This document shows positions 1-7,011 of a stretch of DNA of 26,033 bases, piece after piece; within the stretch, counting starts at the first letter, position 1, and every line of letters begins with the position of its first letter. The notes under the pieces were generated by a model. That model saw nothing but the letters and a program-made list of their open reading frames with translations. It had not been told where the DNA came from and did no database searches. Both the position numbers and the translations under genes were made by a program. This stretch comes from a virus (lineage: Duplodnaviria; Caudoviricetes). The stretch spans positions 1 through 26,033 of the IMG/VR virus record IMGVR_UViG_3300028586_000071. The stretch is one strand, 5' to 3'.

Positions 1-36
1 GGCGGCTTCGCGGTAAGTCTTGCGCGAAACCCATCA

Positions 37-127
37 GGAGAGGTGGATGAGTGGTTGAAGTCGCACGCCTGGAAAGCGTGTATAGGTTAATAGCCTATCG
101 GGGGTTCGAATCCCCCTCTCTCCGCCA
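37..127 (+). tRNA. tRNA-Ser (anticodon GGA); prophage integration target
   Basis: GGAGAGG acceptor pairs with CCTCTCC-like 3' end, ending G-CCA at 124-127. Anticodon arm CACGC-CT-GGA-AA-GCGTG (64-80), long variable arm ATAGG-TTAATAG-CCTAT, T-loop GGTTCGAATCC. Confidence 0.97.
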
Positions 128-153
128 GAACATAACCGACTGATTTCGTTGAT

Positions 154-183
154 AAAATCCTCCAGATTCGGAGGATTTTTTTT
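154..183 (+). terminator. Intrinsic, likely bidirectional, terminator between tRNA and integrase
   Basis: AAAATCCTCC-AGATTC-GGAGGATTTT stem followed by further Ts. Confidence 0.85.
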
Positions 184-189
184 GCCCTC

Positions 190-216
190 TGTACTATAGA
201 ATCGGGTTGTACTATT
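190..216. repeat. Direct repeat TGTACTAT x2; candidate integrase arm-type sites
   Basis: TGTACTATA at 190-198 and TGTACTATT at 208-216, in the AT-rich gap between the att region and the integrase stop. Confidence 0.5.
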
Positions 217-223
217 CAAATCG

Positions 224-1273
224 CTACCGCAGCGGTTTCACCACCTCCGGCCGGCGTCGATAAATACGGTCTGTGATCTTGCTGTCGGCGTGCGCCAGCA
301 GGCTACGCGCGTGCTCCAGCGTCGCCGCGTCACTCGCACATTTCGCCCGAAGGTCGTGCTCGGTGAAGTGCTCCGCGACTTTGGTTTCTTCCATCACCCG
401 CCCCATGAAGTTGCGCCACAGCGACTCCCATCCGCCGGCCCGGCCGTTGTCGTTGAAGTAGCACTCGCCCGCGCGTGTGCAAAACAGGTAGGGCGACAGC
501 TGCGCCGGCCGCGCGGCCTTGGCCAACGCCACCGCTTCGCGCAGCTCGTCGGACCAAGCGATCAACATCCTCTTCCCGCTCGACCCGGCCGTCTTGCCTG
601 GCTCGACGAAAATTCCATCATCCTGCAGGTCGGACATCGTGAGACGCAGCATGTCGCCGCGGCGCATGCCGGTCAGCAGCTTCAGGCGGACATAGGCTTG
701 GGCAGCCAGCACGCTGCCGGACTTCCGGCGCGGCACCAGCGACAGGCACTCGACGATCTCCCAGTCTTCCACGTAGCGCGTGCGCGCCTTCTCTCCTTCC
801 AGCCGGACCTCGCCCTTGAAAGGGTGGCGGTCCAAGTATCCCCACTCCACGGCTTTCGTCAGCGCGTGTGACAGCAACTCCATCTCGCGCCGCGCCGCCG
901 TCTTGGCTTCCCGCCGGTCGATGTACTGGTAGACGTGCCGCGGCTTGATGTCGCCCAAGGCCATCGGCCCGAAGGTGGCGCGCACCGGCTTGATGGCCAC
1001 CTTGTTGTGGTTCTGCGTCGTGATTTTCTTCGTTGGGATCACCTCGAGCGCGTACCGGTCCAGCAGCGCGGCCACGGTCTTGGCCTGGTCGACCACCTGC
1101 AGCCGCTCGGCCCACACCTTGTAGGCCTCGGGCAGACTGCCGCCGAGCCGGAAGGTTTGCTTGCCATCCCACGCTGCCTCCTGGCCTTTCGGCACCTGGT
1201 AGTAGTAGCCGCCATGGGTATGGCGCCAGCGCTTCGGCAACCCCTTGTTCTCCGGCTTACGCTCGCGCGGCAT
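224..1273 (-). CDS. int: Phage tyrosine recombinase/integrase
   Basis: 349 aa. Catalytic motifs TGMRRGD (R), PGKT (K), HDLR, LAH, RIY; N-terminal arm-binding segment; adjacent to tRNA. Confidence 0.96.
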   Translation of the reverse strand: MPRERKPENKGLPKRWRHTHGGYYYQVPKGQEAAWDGKQTFRLGGSLPEAYKVWAERLQVVDQAKTVAALLDRYALEVIPTKKITTQNHNKVAIKPVRATFGPMALGDIKPRHVYQYIDRREAKTAARREMELLSHALTKAVEWGYLDRHPFKGEVRLEGEKARTRYVEDWEIVECLSLVPRRKSGSVLAAQAYVRLKLLTGMRRGDMLRLTMSDLQDDGIFVEPGKTAGSSGKRMLIAWSDELREAVALAKAARPAQLSPYLFCTRAGECYFNDNGRAGGWESLWRNFMGRVMEETKVAEHFTEHDLRAKCASDAATLEHARSLLAHADSKITDRIYRRRPEVVKPLR

Positions 1274-1496
1274 TCAATGCTCCCCAGTTCGGTTCGGACG
1301 GCGTCGCTTTCCGCTTTGGCGCGGCAGCGCCGCCGAACGTTTGCTCGACGTGCACGCGCAGAACAGCAAGACTACCATCCGGCCTGGCCCGGTGCGCGAT
1401 TCCCATCGACCTCAGCACCCGCGCCTGGGCGGCGCGCTGTACCCGCGAGGTCATACTCGAGATCTCGTCGGCGCTCAAGAACATATCGCTCATCAT
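1257..1496 (-). CDS. Excisionase-like small DNA-binding protein (DUF4224-like)
   Basis: 79 aa with FLSADEI...AQARVLRSMGI..RPDG...EPNW pattern; overlaps the integrase start. Confidence 0.8.
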   Translation of the reverse strand: MMSDMFLSADEISSMTSRVQRAAQARVLRSMGIAHRARPDGSLAVLRVHVEQTFGGAAAPKRKATPSEPNWGALNAARA

Positions 1497-2260
1497 TCTC
1501 TCCTGTCTGCGCCTACCGGCGAATTGTTAGGGGATGGGGCAGCTGGGAGAGGCATCCAGTGATGAACGATGAAGCGCAATTCCATCTCGGTGTTCTGGCC
1601 CATCCATTCGCCGCCAAACAGCCCGGCAACCTCGTGGCAGACTGAATCGCCGCGCTTTCCCCTCACCAGCACGTCGGTTTCGACTTCCGGAAGTCGATCC
1701 TCTACGCTGATCCACGCATCCCCGGCCTGCTCGGTGCTCACTGGTGCAGCCTGATTGGCTTGTTGTGCTGCCGTGATCACTTTCGCCGCGGCCAGGAACT
1801 CGAAAGCTTTGCGCGCCACGCCCAGCTCTTTCGTGATTTCAATCGGTCGTTTGCCTTGGCTGCGGTTCCAGTCCAGCAGATCCTGTGCTGCGATGGCTTC
1901 CGCATTCACTTGTGGCCATGGCTTCGCCGGTGCTGGTGCAGTGCCTTGGGCTGCGCTACTGGCGCGGCCTTGCCAGCCTGCCCACTGCTGGGCACGGTCT
2001 GCCGGGCTGTCGCAGTACGGCGCGCGCTTGCGCACCGCCCACGCCTCGAACTCCCGTCGCTCGGCCTCTACGTCCAGCTCGGGGGCGGCGACAGGGCTGT
2101 TTTTCTCAACCCAAACTTCCCACGCGCCGGTGGTCAAATCGTTCCAGTACCACCAGTCCTGTTTGCCTGGACCGCCAAACTCCCCATCAAAGTGCTCAAA
2201 TCCATTCTCGCGTGCCCAGGCCTCAAAGGCAGGACGCAGATTCTCAACGTCAACGCTCAT
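1493..2260 (-). CDS. Phage early protein with C-terminal DUF551-type domain
   Basis: WISVEDRLPE...HHWMPLPAAP signature. Start moved to ATG 2260 (AAGGA RBS, ATGA coupling to the upstream ORF). Confidence 0.85.
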   Translation of the reverse strand: MSVDVENLRPAFEAWARENGFEHFDGEFGGPGKQDWWYWNDLTTGAWEVWVEKNSPVAAPELDVEAERREFEAWAVRKRAPYCDSPADRAQQWAGWQGRASSAAQGTAPAPAKPWPQVNAEAIAAQDLLDWNRSQGKRPIEITKELGVARKAFEFLAAAKVITAAQQANQAAPVSTEQAGDAWISVEDRLPEVETDVLVRGKRGDSVCHEVAGLFGGEWMGQNTEMELRFIVHHWMPLPAAPSPNNSPVGADRRE

Positions 2261-2430
2261 TTCATTCCTTTCATATTCTTCGGTGTGCACCACGGCTTAT
2301 TGCTCGGCCCCCAGGAGTGGCCGCAGTCGGAGCACTCGGGTGGGCACTGGCGAGGTGGCGGAACGTGCGTGGCGGCGGCAATCAGGGCGGCCACCGCCAG
2401 CAGCCACAGGGCTATGCCGAGGCGGGTCAC
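2257..2430 (-). CDS. 57-aa membrane-anchored Cys-rich mini-protein (not in ORF track)
   Basis: Manual translation MTRLGIALWLLAVAALIAAATHVPPPRQCPPECSDCGHSWGPSNKPWCTPKNMKGMK; GTGA overlap at start, ATGA overlap at end. Confidence 0.7.
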   Translation of the reverse strand: MTRLGIALWLLAVAALIAAATHVPPPRQCPPECSDCGHSWGPSNKPWCTPKNMKGMK

Positions 2431-2723
2431 TGTCCCGGCCCGTTCTGGTGGATGCCGCGGCGCAGGCGGGCGCGCGCTTCAAGTTCATCATCTTCGGTCA
2501 GCACGCGATGCGCGGTCCAGATGGCCAGTACCGGTGCCAGCGGCACGAGCACCGGCCCGAGCAATGCCAACAGCAGCGGCATCGAATCCCAGAACAGATC
2601 GACCAGCGCGCGCCATGCCGGGCGGGCAGCTCGCGGCACCGTGCGCCACGCCAGAAGCATGTTCAACGTGAGCTCCTTCAGCCCATTCTGGCCGTTGAGG
2701 TAGATGTCGAGGCGGCGGTTCAT
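2427..2723 (-). CDS. Hypothetical membrane protein
   Basis: 98 aa with a hydrophobic stretch (PLLLALLGPVLVPLAPVLAIW); 4-nt overlaps on both sides. Confidence 0.75.
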   Translation of the reverse strand: MNRRLDIYLNGQNGLKELTLNMLLAWRTVPRAARPAWRALVDLFWDSMPLLLALLGPVLVPLAPVLAIWTAHRVLTEDDELEARARLRRGIHQNGPGQ

Positions 2724-4000
2724 GGCTTCACCTGTGCACTGGGCTGGTCTGCCGGTGCCGCTGCGCGCTCGGCGCTTTCAAGCACTGCCAGCCCGTATTC
2801 CGTAGTGTGGTAGTAAGCCCCGGAAATGCGCTGCACCACGCCAATTTCCGACAAGCGGCGCATCATTGGCTTCGGCACGTCGTAGCCTTCGCCATCGGCG
2901 GCGCACTCGTAGAAGCGGCGCAGGGCGGCCAACTCGTCAGCGGTCATCGCCACCTGACCGGCTTGCCCTGCACCCTCGGCAGTCTGTGCCGCTCCAATAG
3001 TGGAGGCGGCAGGGGTAGCGGCGGCAAGGGCAGCGCTCAGGTCGGCAGCGGTGTCTGCCCATTTCTTCATTCGCGGCGTGCTGCCAGCGTGGGACGCGCG
3101 GTCGTGCGCAATGCTGATGGCCTCGTACAGGCGATCCGCCAGGCAGCCAGGAAGTGCCTGCGCTGCTGCTGGCTTGGTGGCGAGAAGGTGGGCGATGATC
3201 CGTTCGGCGTCCACTTCGTCGTCGGCGGGTAGGCCCAGCGCTTCGTGGATGCGCACCATGTCCATCGCGGCGGCGTGCGCAACGGCTTCCATATGCTTTT
3301 CGCGGGCGGTCGGCTTGGTGGCGGCAGATACTGCGGCGCGGGCGCAGTCGCGGCCATACGCTTCCATGTCTTCGGGACGGTAGTGCAGCCCGTAGTGGAG
3401 TCGGGTAGGCGCTGGAAGTGATGGCAGCGGCGGCAGCTCATCGCCCGATGCGGTAGCAGGATGGGCGGTGTACACTGGCACCATGTCGGCATCGTACTGG
3501 CGGGCGTAGATGCGGCCGTATTGGCGCACCGGCTCGCCCTGATGAGTCGCCTTGTCGACCGCATCAAGCAGCCCGTTGATCTCGTTCGACTTCATCCATG
3601 CGAATGGCGCGGTCGGTGCAGGAGCTGCGGCGCACTCGACCTGTTCATTTCCAGCAGCGTTTTCGACACGTTCGCTGGATGTATTCACAGGTTGAACATG
3701 TGCGGTGGTGCGCTCGATGCGGGAGAGTTCGGCGCGGACGTAGCGCACATCGTTTTCGCCTTGCGGATGGTCGCACCACGAAACGTCGGCGTATTCGTCG
3801 AAGTGGCCCAGCGGATCGTCGCCGGCATTCAAGTAAATCTCACTCGGCCAGCCGTCGGCCGGGGCATCGCCCGAGGTAGCGGCAGGCTGCTCCGCGCCGG
3901 CGGCGCCGAACTCTGCCGGCCAGTCGGCAAGGGGCTCGGTCGGGCGCTGGCCGTGCTTGACGCGCGGCTGTGGTTTCTCGCTGCTGTTCGTGGTGTCCAT
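2720..4000 (-). CDS. Mosaic phage early protein with Ala/Pro-rich linkers, function unknown
   Basis: 426 aa; GAGAG purine run upstream; coupled to the next gene. C-terminal GYDVPKPMMRRLSEIGVV...TEYG segment looks winged-helix-like. Confidence 0.8.
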   Translation of the reverse strand: MDTTNSSEKPQPRVKHGQRPTEPLADWPAEFGAAGAEQPAATSGDAPADGWPSEIYLNAGDDPLGHFDEYADVSWCDHPQGENDVRYVRAELSRIERTTAHVQPVNTSSERVENAAGNEQVECAAAPAPTAPFAWMKSNEINGLLDAVDKATHQGEPVRQYGRIYARQYDADMVPVYTAHPATASGDELPPLPSLPAPTRLHYGLHYRPEDMEAYGRDCARAAVSAATKPTAREKHMEAVAHAAAMDMVRIHEALGLPADDEVDAERIIAHLLATKPAAAQALPGCLADRLYEAISIAHDRASHAGSTPRMKKWADTAADLSAALAAATPAASTIGAAQTAEGAGQAGQVAMTADELAALRRFYECAADGEGYDVPKPMMRRLSEIGVVQRISGAYYHTTEYGLAVLESAERAAAPADQPSAQVKP

Positions 4001-4025
4001 GTTCTCTCGCCTGGTGGTTGATGGT

Positions 4026-4232
4026 TTATTTGTTCTGTTCGGGATCCGCGCTCTTCGGCGCCGGTGTTGCGCCGGTGGCGCCGTCCATGTCCAGGCAGTA
4101 CCGCCGGCCGCGCGGCACAGCCGCGGCTGCAGCGATGTCCTTGCGGTCCTGCGCCGTGTTGCCGCCGAGCTGCCGCTCGAGCCGCGTCAGGCCGGCGCCG
4201 GACCAGGGGCCGCGCTTGCGCCGCGCCGTCAC
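4026..4232 (-). CDS. Hypothetical basic protein, 68 aa
   Basis: GTG start overlaps the stop of the upstream mini-ORF (GTGA at 4232-4229). Confidence 0.65.
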   Translation of the reverse strand: MTARRKRGPWSGAGLTRLERQLGGNTAQDRKDIAAAAAVPRGRRYCLDMDGATGATPAPKSADPEQNK

Positions 4233-4342
4233 GATTGCCCCACGAAGGCCTGGGTGTAGAGGATCGCGAGCACCAGGCCGATGGCGGTCAGGCAGCGAAT
4301 CGCGTACGAGGCTACGCGGGCGGAGATCTGGCGCTCGCTCAT
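4229..4342 (-). CDS. 37-aa single-TM peptide (not in ORF track)
   Basis: MSERQISARVASYAIRCLTAIGLVLAILYTQAFVGQS; ATGA and GTGA overlaps at both ends. Confidence 0.65.
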   Translation of the reverse strand: MSERQISARVASYAIRCLTAIGLVLAILYTQAFVGQS

Positions 4343-4473
4343 GGCAGCACCACCACAGTCACGCCCATGGCGCCGGCGTCGTAGGCTGCCGCTTCCAGCG
4401 CGGCGCGATCGCCGATGGCGGTGTAGGTCTCAGGGCGGTCGTTCTCATCGCGGACCGTGATTCGAAAGCGCAT
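4339..4473 (-). CDS. 44-aa hypothetical protein (not in ORF track)
   Basis: MRFRITVRDENDRPETYTAIGDRAALEAAAYDAGAMGVTVVVLP; strong RBS AGGGAG; ATGA overlap with the next ORF. Confidence 0.75.
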   Translation of the reverse strand: MRFRITVRDENDRPETYTAIGDRAALEAAAYDAGAMGVTVVVLP

Positions 4474-4494
4474 GGTGTTCTCCCTAGTTGGTGG

Positions 4495-4926
4495 TCAGTG
4501 GCTCTCGCGAGCCTCGGTGCAAACTTGAATCGCAGCCCGAACGATCGCGGCCCAGGTGGCGGCGTCCTTCGTCGGGTGGTCGGCATAGGCCTCGGTCACG
4601 TCGCGGCGGCGGCTGCCGTTGCCTGCGGAGACCGTTCCTTCTTCCAGGTCGTGGCGCACGCTCAAGCCCAACTCGGTCGACAGCTCGCCGGCGGCCTTCC
4701 AGTTGCGGCGCCAGCGCGGCGGCGCCTTCGGCTGCGTCGAGAACGCCAGGCGCTGCGAACCCGCGCTGAGCAGGTTGCCGCCGCGCCGCGCCGGCTGGCA
4801 GAGATCCGTCTCCAGCGTCGGCGAGACAGGCGCCGTGAACCGGCGGCCCCACTTCGGGTGCACGGCCGCCAGGGCGATCTCGTCGCGGATGGCGCCCTTC
4901 ATGTATTCCTGGGTCCAGATCGTCAT
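4495..4926 (-). CDS. Hypothetical phage protein, 143 aa
   Basis: ATG 4926 preceded by GGAG; starts 2 nt after the upstream stop. Confidence 0.75.
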   Translation of the reverse strand: MTIWTQEYMKGAIRDEIALAAVHPKWGRRFTAPVSPTLETDLCQPARRGGNLLSAGSQRLAFSTQPKAPPRWRRNWKAAGELSTELGLSVRHDLEEGTVSAGNGSRRRDVTEAYADHPTKDAATWAAIVRAAIQVCTEARESH

Positions 4927-4928
4927 GG

Positions 4929-5057
4929 TCAGCTCCACAGCGCCATCACGGCGCCGGCAATGAAGCCCAGCGCGCAGGCGATCATCAGGCCGGCAACGGT
5001 GCGGTCGGCGCGGCTCCAGTCCTGCTGGTCAATCTTGGTTTCGTTCGTAGTGCTCAT
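4929..5057 (-). CDS. 42-aa single-TM peptide, first gene of the PL operon (not in ORF track)
   Basis: MSTTNETKIDQQDWSRADRTVAGLMIACALGFIAGAVMALWS; RBS GAAGGAAG; directly downstream of PL. Confidence 0.7.
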   Translation of the reverse strand: MSTTNETKIDQQDWSRADRTVAGLMIACALGFIAGAVMALWS

Positions 5058-5107
5058 CGGGTCTTCCTTCATTTCCAACTGCTGGGTGAGTTCGCTTCGT
5101 TGTGTCC

Positions 5108-5136
5108 ATTATTAGGCATAACCTTAATCAAAGCAA
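5108..5136 (-). promoter_or_regulatory. PL early leftward promoter
   Basis: Minus strand TTGCTT-17 bp-AATAAT, with an operator (5114-5124) inside the spacer. Confidence 0.7.
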
Positions 5137-5169
5137 GGCTAAACCTAAAAAATATTTCAGGCTGAACCT
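5114..5169. promoter_or_regulatory. OL: three repressor operators
   Basis: AGGCATAACCT (5114-5124), AGGCTAAACCT (5136-5146), AGGCTGAACCT (5159-5169); quasi-palindrome AGGYTNARCCT shared with OR. Confidence 0.85.
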
Positions 5170-5184
5170 AAGTTGGGTTATGAT
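5156..5184 (+). promoter_or_regulatory. Putative rightward promoter overlapping the third OL operator, pointing into the structured segment
   Basis: TTCAGG (5156-5161)-17 bp-TATGAT (5179-5184); good -10, weak -35. Confidence 0.45.
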
Positions 5185-5188
5185 TGCC

Positions 5189-5480
5189 TTATCGGCCGGT
5201 TTCGGCTGGTTGCAGGTCTGGGGCAGGGAGGGGAAACCGCCGACGCCCAGGCTGAAGATGCCAAGGAAGCCGGAAGGGCAACGCGTGGGTGATAGTTCGT
5301 AGAGCGCGCCGGGGGAACAGGTGGAAGCACCTGGAAAGTCTGCGAAAAGCGAAAGTGTCCGAAGGCGAAAGCATGGGATGCAGGCGCTCTCCACGAAAGC
5401 GAGTCTTTTTGACTGGCCTTTAGGGAGGGTGCCGCTCTGGAACCGAGGCTCTGCTGGGATCAAGCAAAACCGATAACCCT
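5189..5480 (+). ncRNA. Putative structured RNA / ColE1-RNA II-like primer-origin element
   Basis: No credible ORF; purine-skewed plus strand. Stems GTCTGGG/CCCAGGC, TTCGT-AGAGCGC/GCGCTCT-CC-ACGAA, CAGGTG-GAAG-CACCTG, AGTC-T5-GACT, TTATCGG/CCGATAA. Confidence 0.55.
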
Positions 5481-5557
5481 AGAACACCTGGTTGATCAGC
5501 CAAGAACAAGAACCTCAACAGTACCTATAGAGGGTGCGCAGAAAAAAAGGCCCGAAA

Positions 5558-5899
5558 ATGCCGGAAAATTTGACCCTCGCGGTCTACCTGGAACGCCGCG
5601 GCTCGGTGAAAGCGCTGACGCGAATCGAGGCCGAAGTATTCGGGGTGCCGTACCCGCTGGTGAAGGGCTGGGCGACAAGGCTCGGCGCCATGAAGATCAC
5701 GCAGGAGATGCTGGACCATCTGCAGGAAAAAATCGGCTGCGTGAACTCAGCAACGGCCGCGCGTGCCCGCCGAGGGCTGGATGGCGCCGAGCGCCCGCAG
5801 CCGGCGCCTGCTGTGGCACTGACTCCACGCGAGGAATACTTGATCGACTGCGCATGCAAGCGCGTGGTCGATCAGCTGCAGCAGGCCGGGCGCATATAG
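5558..5899 (+). CDS. Hypothetical protein, 113 aa (alternative GTG start 5534)
   Basis: GC3-rich codon usage like other phage genes; followed by a hairpin at 5898-5927. Confidence 0.75.
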   Translation: MPENLTLAVYLERRGSVKALTRIEAEVFGVPYPLVKGWATRLGAMKITQEMLDHLQEKIGCVNSATAARARRGLDGAERPQPAPAVALTPREEYLIDCACKRVVDQLQQAGRI

Positions 5900-5932
5900 C
5901 CAGCATTGGCGGTGGGCGATACTGGCTGAACG

Positions 5933-5953
5933 AAAAAGCCCCGACAGGCGGGC
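5933..5953 (-). terminator. Intrinsic terminator for the cI-accessory operon
   Basis: Minus strand GCCC-GCCTGTCG-GGGC-TTTTT. Confidence 0.5.
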
Positions 5954-5998
5954 AGGGAGGATGAAATGGAACAGAACACGGGGCAGTCGCGCGCGGAA

Positions 5999-6463
5999 CT
6001 AGCGAGTAAGGTACTCAGTTTTGCATCGAGAACAGTTGAGGGTGATCTTCCCCCAAACGTCGTGCCGCTGAAGGACGACTTTGACATCCTTGTCAAAGCA
6101 GGGTTGGCATACGTAGTGGGCTGGCTCCGTCAAAGCATGATCCCCTTCGCCGCCGGGCTGAGGAGCGTCAACTTGGTAGACGAAGGATCCGGGCGTGATC
6201 TCGACCAACGTGTAACGCCCTCTGTCCGCGATGAGTTTCTCCATTGCGCGCAGCTTCTCCAGTGCCTCGAAGTAGCGCTGCTGCAGCTCACCCATCTGGA
6301 GGCTGTGAGTGAGCAGAGCTTCCTGAGCCTTCAAAATCTGCTCGTTCATTTGCGAGACTTTAAGGGCAACCATATTGTTGTCCCGGACGCCGATCATCGC
6401 TGCGCCAATATCTTTAGCGGAGACAAGTGCGCCGACGGCGGAGGTGATTAATCCGAAATCCAT
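5999..6463 (-). CDS. Accessory protein: hydrophobic N-terminus, coiled coil, C-terminal zinc ribbon
   Basis: 154 aa; CQPC...CSRC; heptad-like KVSQMNEQILKAQEALL...LQQRYFEALEKLRAMEK. Confidence 0.8.
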   Translation of the reverse strand: MDFGLITSAVGALVSAKDIGAAMIGVRDNNMVALKVSQMNEQILKAQEALLTHSLQMGELQQRYFEALEKLRAMEKLIADRGRYTLVEITPGSFVYQVDAPQPGGEGDHALTEPAHYVCQPCFDKDVKVVLQRHDVWGKITLNCSRCKTEYLTR

Positions 6464-6504
6464 TGCATTTAAATTTAATCGGCATCCAGGCGTGCCGCTG
6501 CGCC

Positions 6505-7002
6505 TTAGATCGAAGAGAACAGCTCAGGTCGGAACTCCTCGGCCTGCCCGTTAGTGCAGTGCTTATTCCAAGCGGCGTTGGCGGTGCTGATTTGCTTGTT
6601 CGCGAAGGTGGCGTGCTCAAGATTCATCCCGCCGAATCCATTACGCGCCCTATATGCCACGCAGACTATAGTGCCGTCGTCATTCGTAAAAATGTTCTGC
6701 CAGCGAACTGATTCCGGGTCGCGCATGGCTGCTTTAATTGATCTAAGCACTCTGACAGATGCCCGAAATCGAGCATCATGCCGAGCTTTTGCTGCAATCT
6801 CGAACTCATTCGGCTCTGGACGTGGCGGCGGCGGCGCCCGATCTGGCTTGGTCGCGCAGCTGTACACTAGTGCGCCTACAATAATCAATGAAACAATTTT
6901 GAAGGGGCCGGCCGAGGGCCTAGGGCGCGCGCCGCATCCTGGGCAAGCGCGAGCCTCGGAGCTAACTTCGCGACCACACTCTTGGCATTTCATTAAAGCC
7001 AT
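6505..7002 (-). CDS. Zinc-ribbon + TM + extracytoplasmic-domain protein
   Basis: 165 aa; MALMKCQECGREVSSEARACPGCG ribbon, TM IVSLIIVGALVYSC, Pro-rich linker, VCVAYRARNGFGG motif; RBS GAGG; 9 nt after cI. Confidence 0.85.
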   Translation of the reverse strand: MALMKCQECGREVSSEARACPGCGARPRPSAGPFKIVSLIIVGALVYSCATKPDRAPPPPRPEPNEFEIAAKARHDARFRASVRVLRSIKAAMRDPESVRWQNIFTNDDGTIVCVAYRARNGFGGMNLEHATFANKQISTANAAWNKHCTNGQAEEFRPELFSSI

Positions 7003-7011
7003 ATCGAATCC

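Noticed and set aside
34-219. 61-aa minus-strand ORF
   Set aside because: Antisense to the tRNA and terminator.
2297-2491. 64-aa minus-strand ORF in the track
   Set aside because: The alternative frame 2430-2257 is coupled at both ends and more protein-like.
1755-5115. Long plus-strand ORFs (352, 303, 272, 381 aa)
   Set aside because: Shadows of the coupled minus-strand PL operon; low-complexity Arg/Ala/Ser composition.
5114-5169. Mini-CRISPR or iteron array
   Set aside because: The repeats are 11-bp palindromes that recur at OR, i.e. operators; no cas genes.
5102-5463. ORFs over the structured segment (66 aa +, 111 aa -, 61 aa -)
   Set aside because: No RBS, atypical composition, and they run through the operators or stems.
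5189-5480. Retron msr-msd or group II intron RNA
   Set aside because: Closing inverted repeats exist, but no reverse transcriptase or maturase is encoded in the window.
5966-6451. 161-aa plus-strand ORF with GGAGG upstream
   Set aside because: Overlaps the minus-strand gene that has a Zn ribbon and operon context. A dual-coding role cannot be fully excluded but is unsupported.
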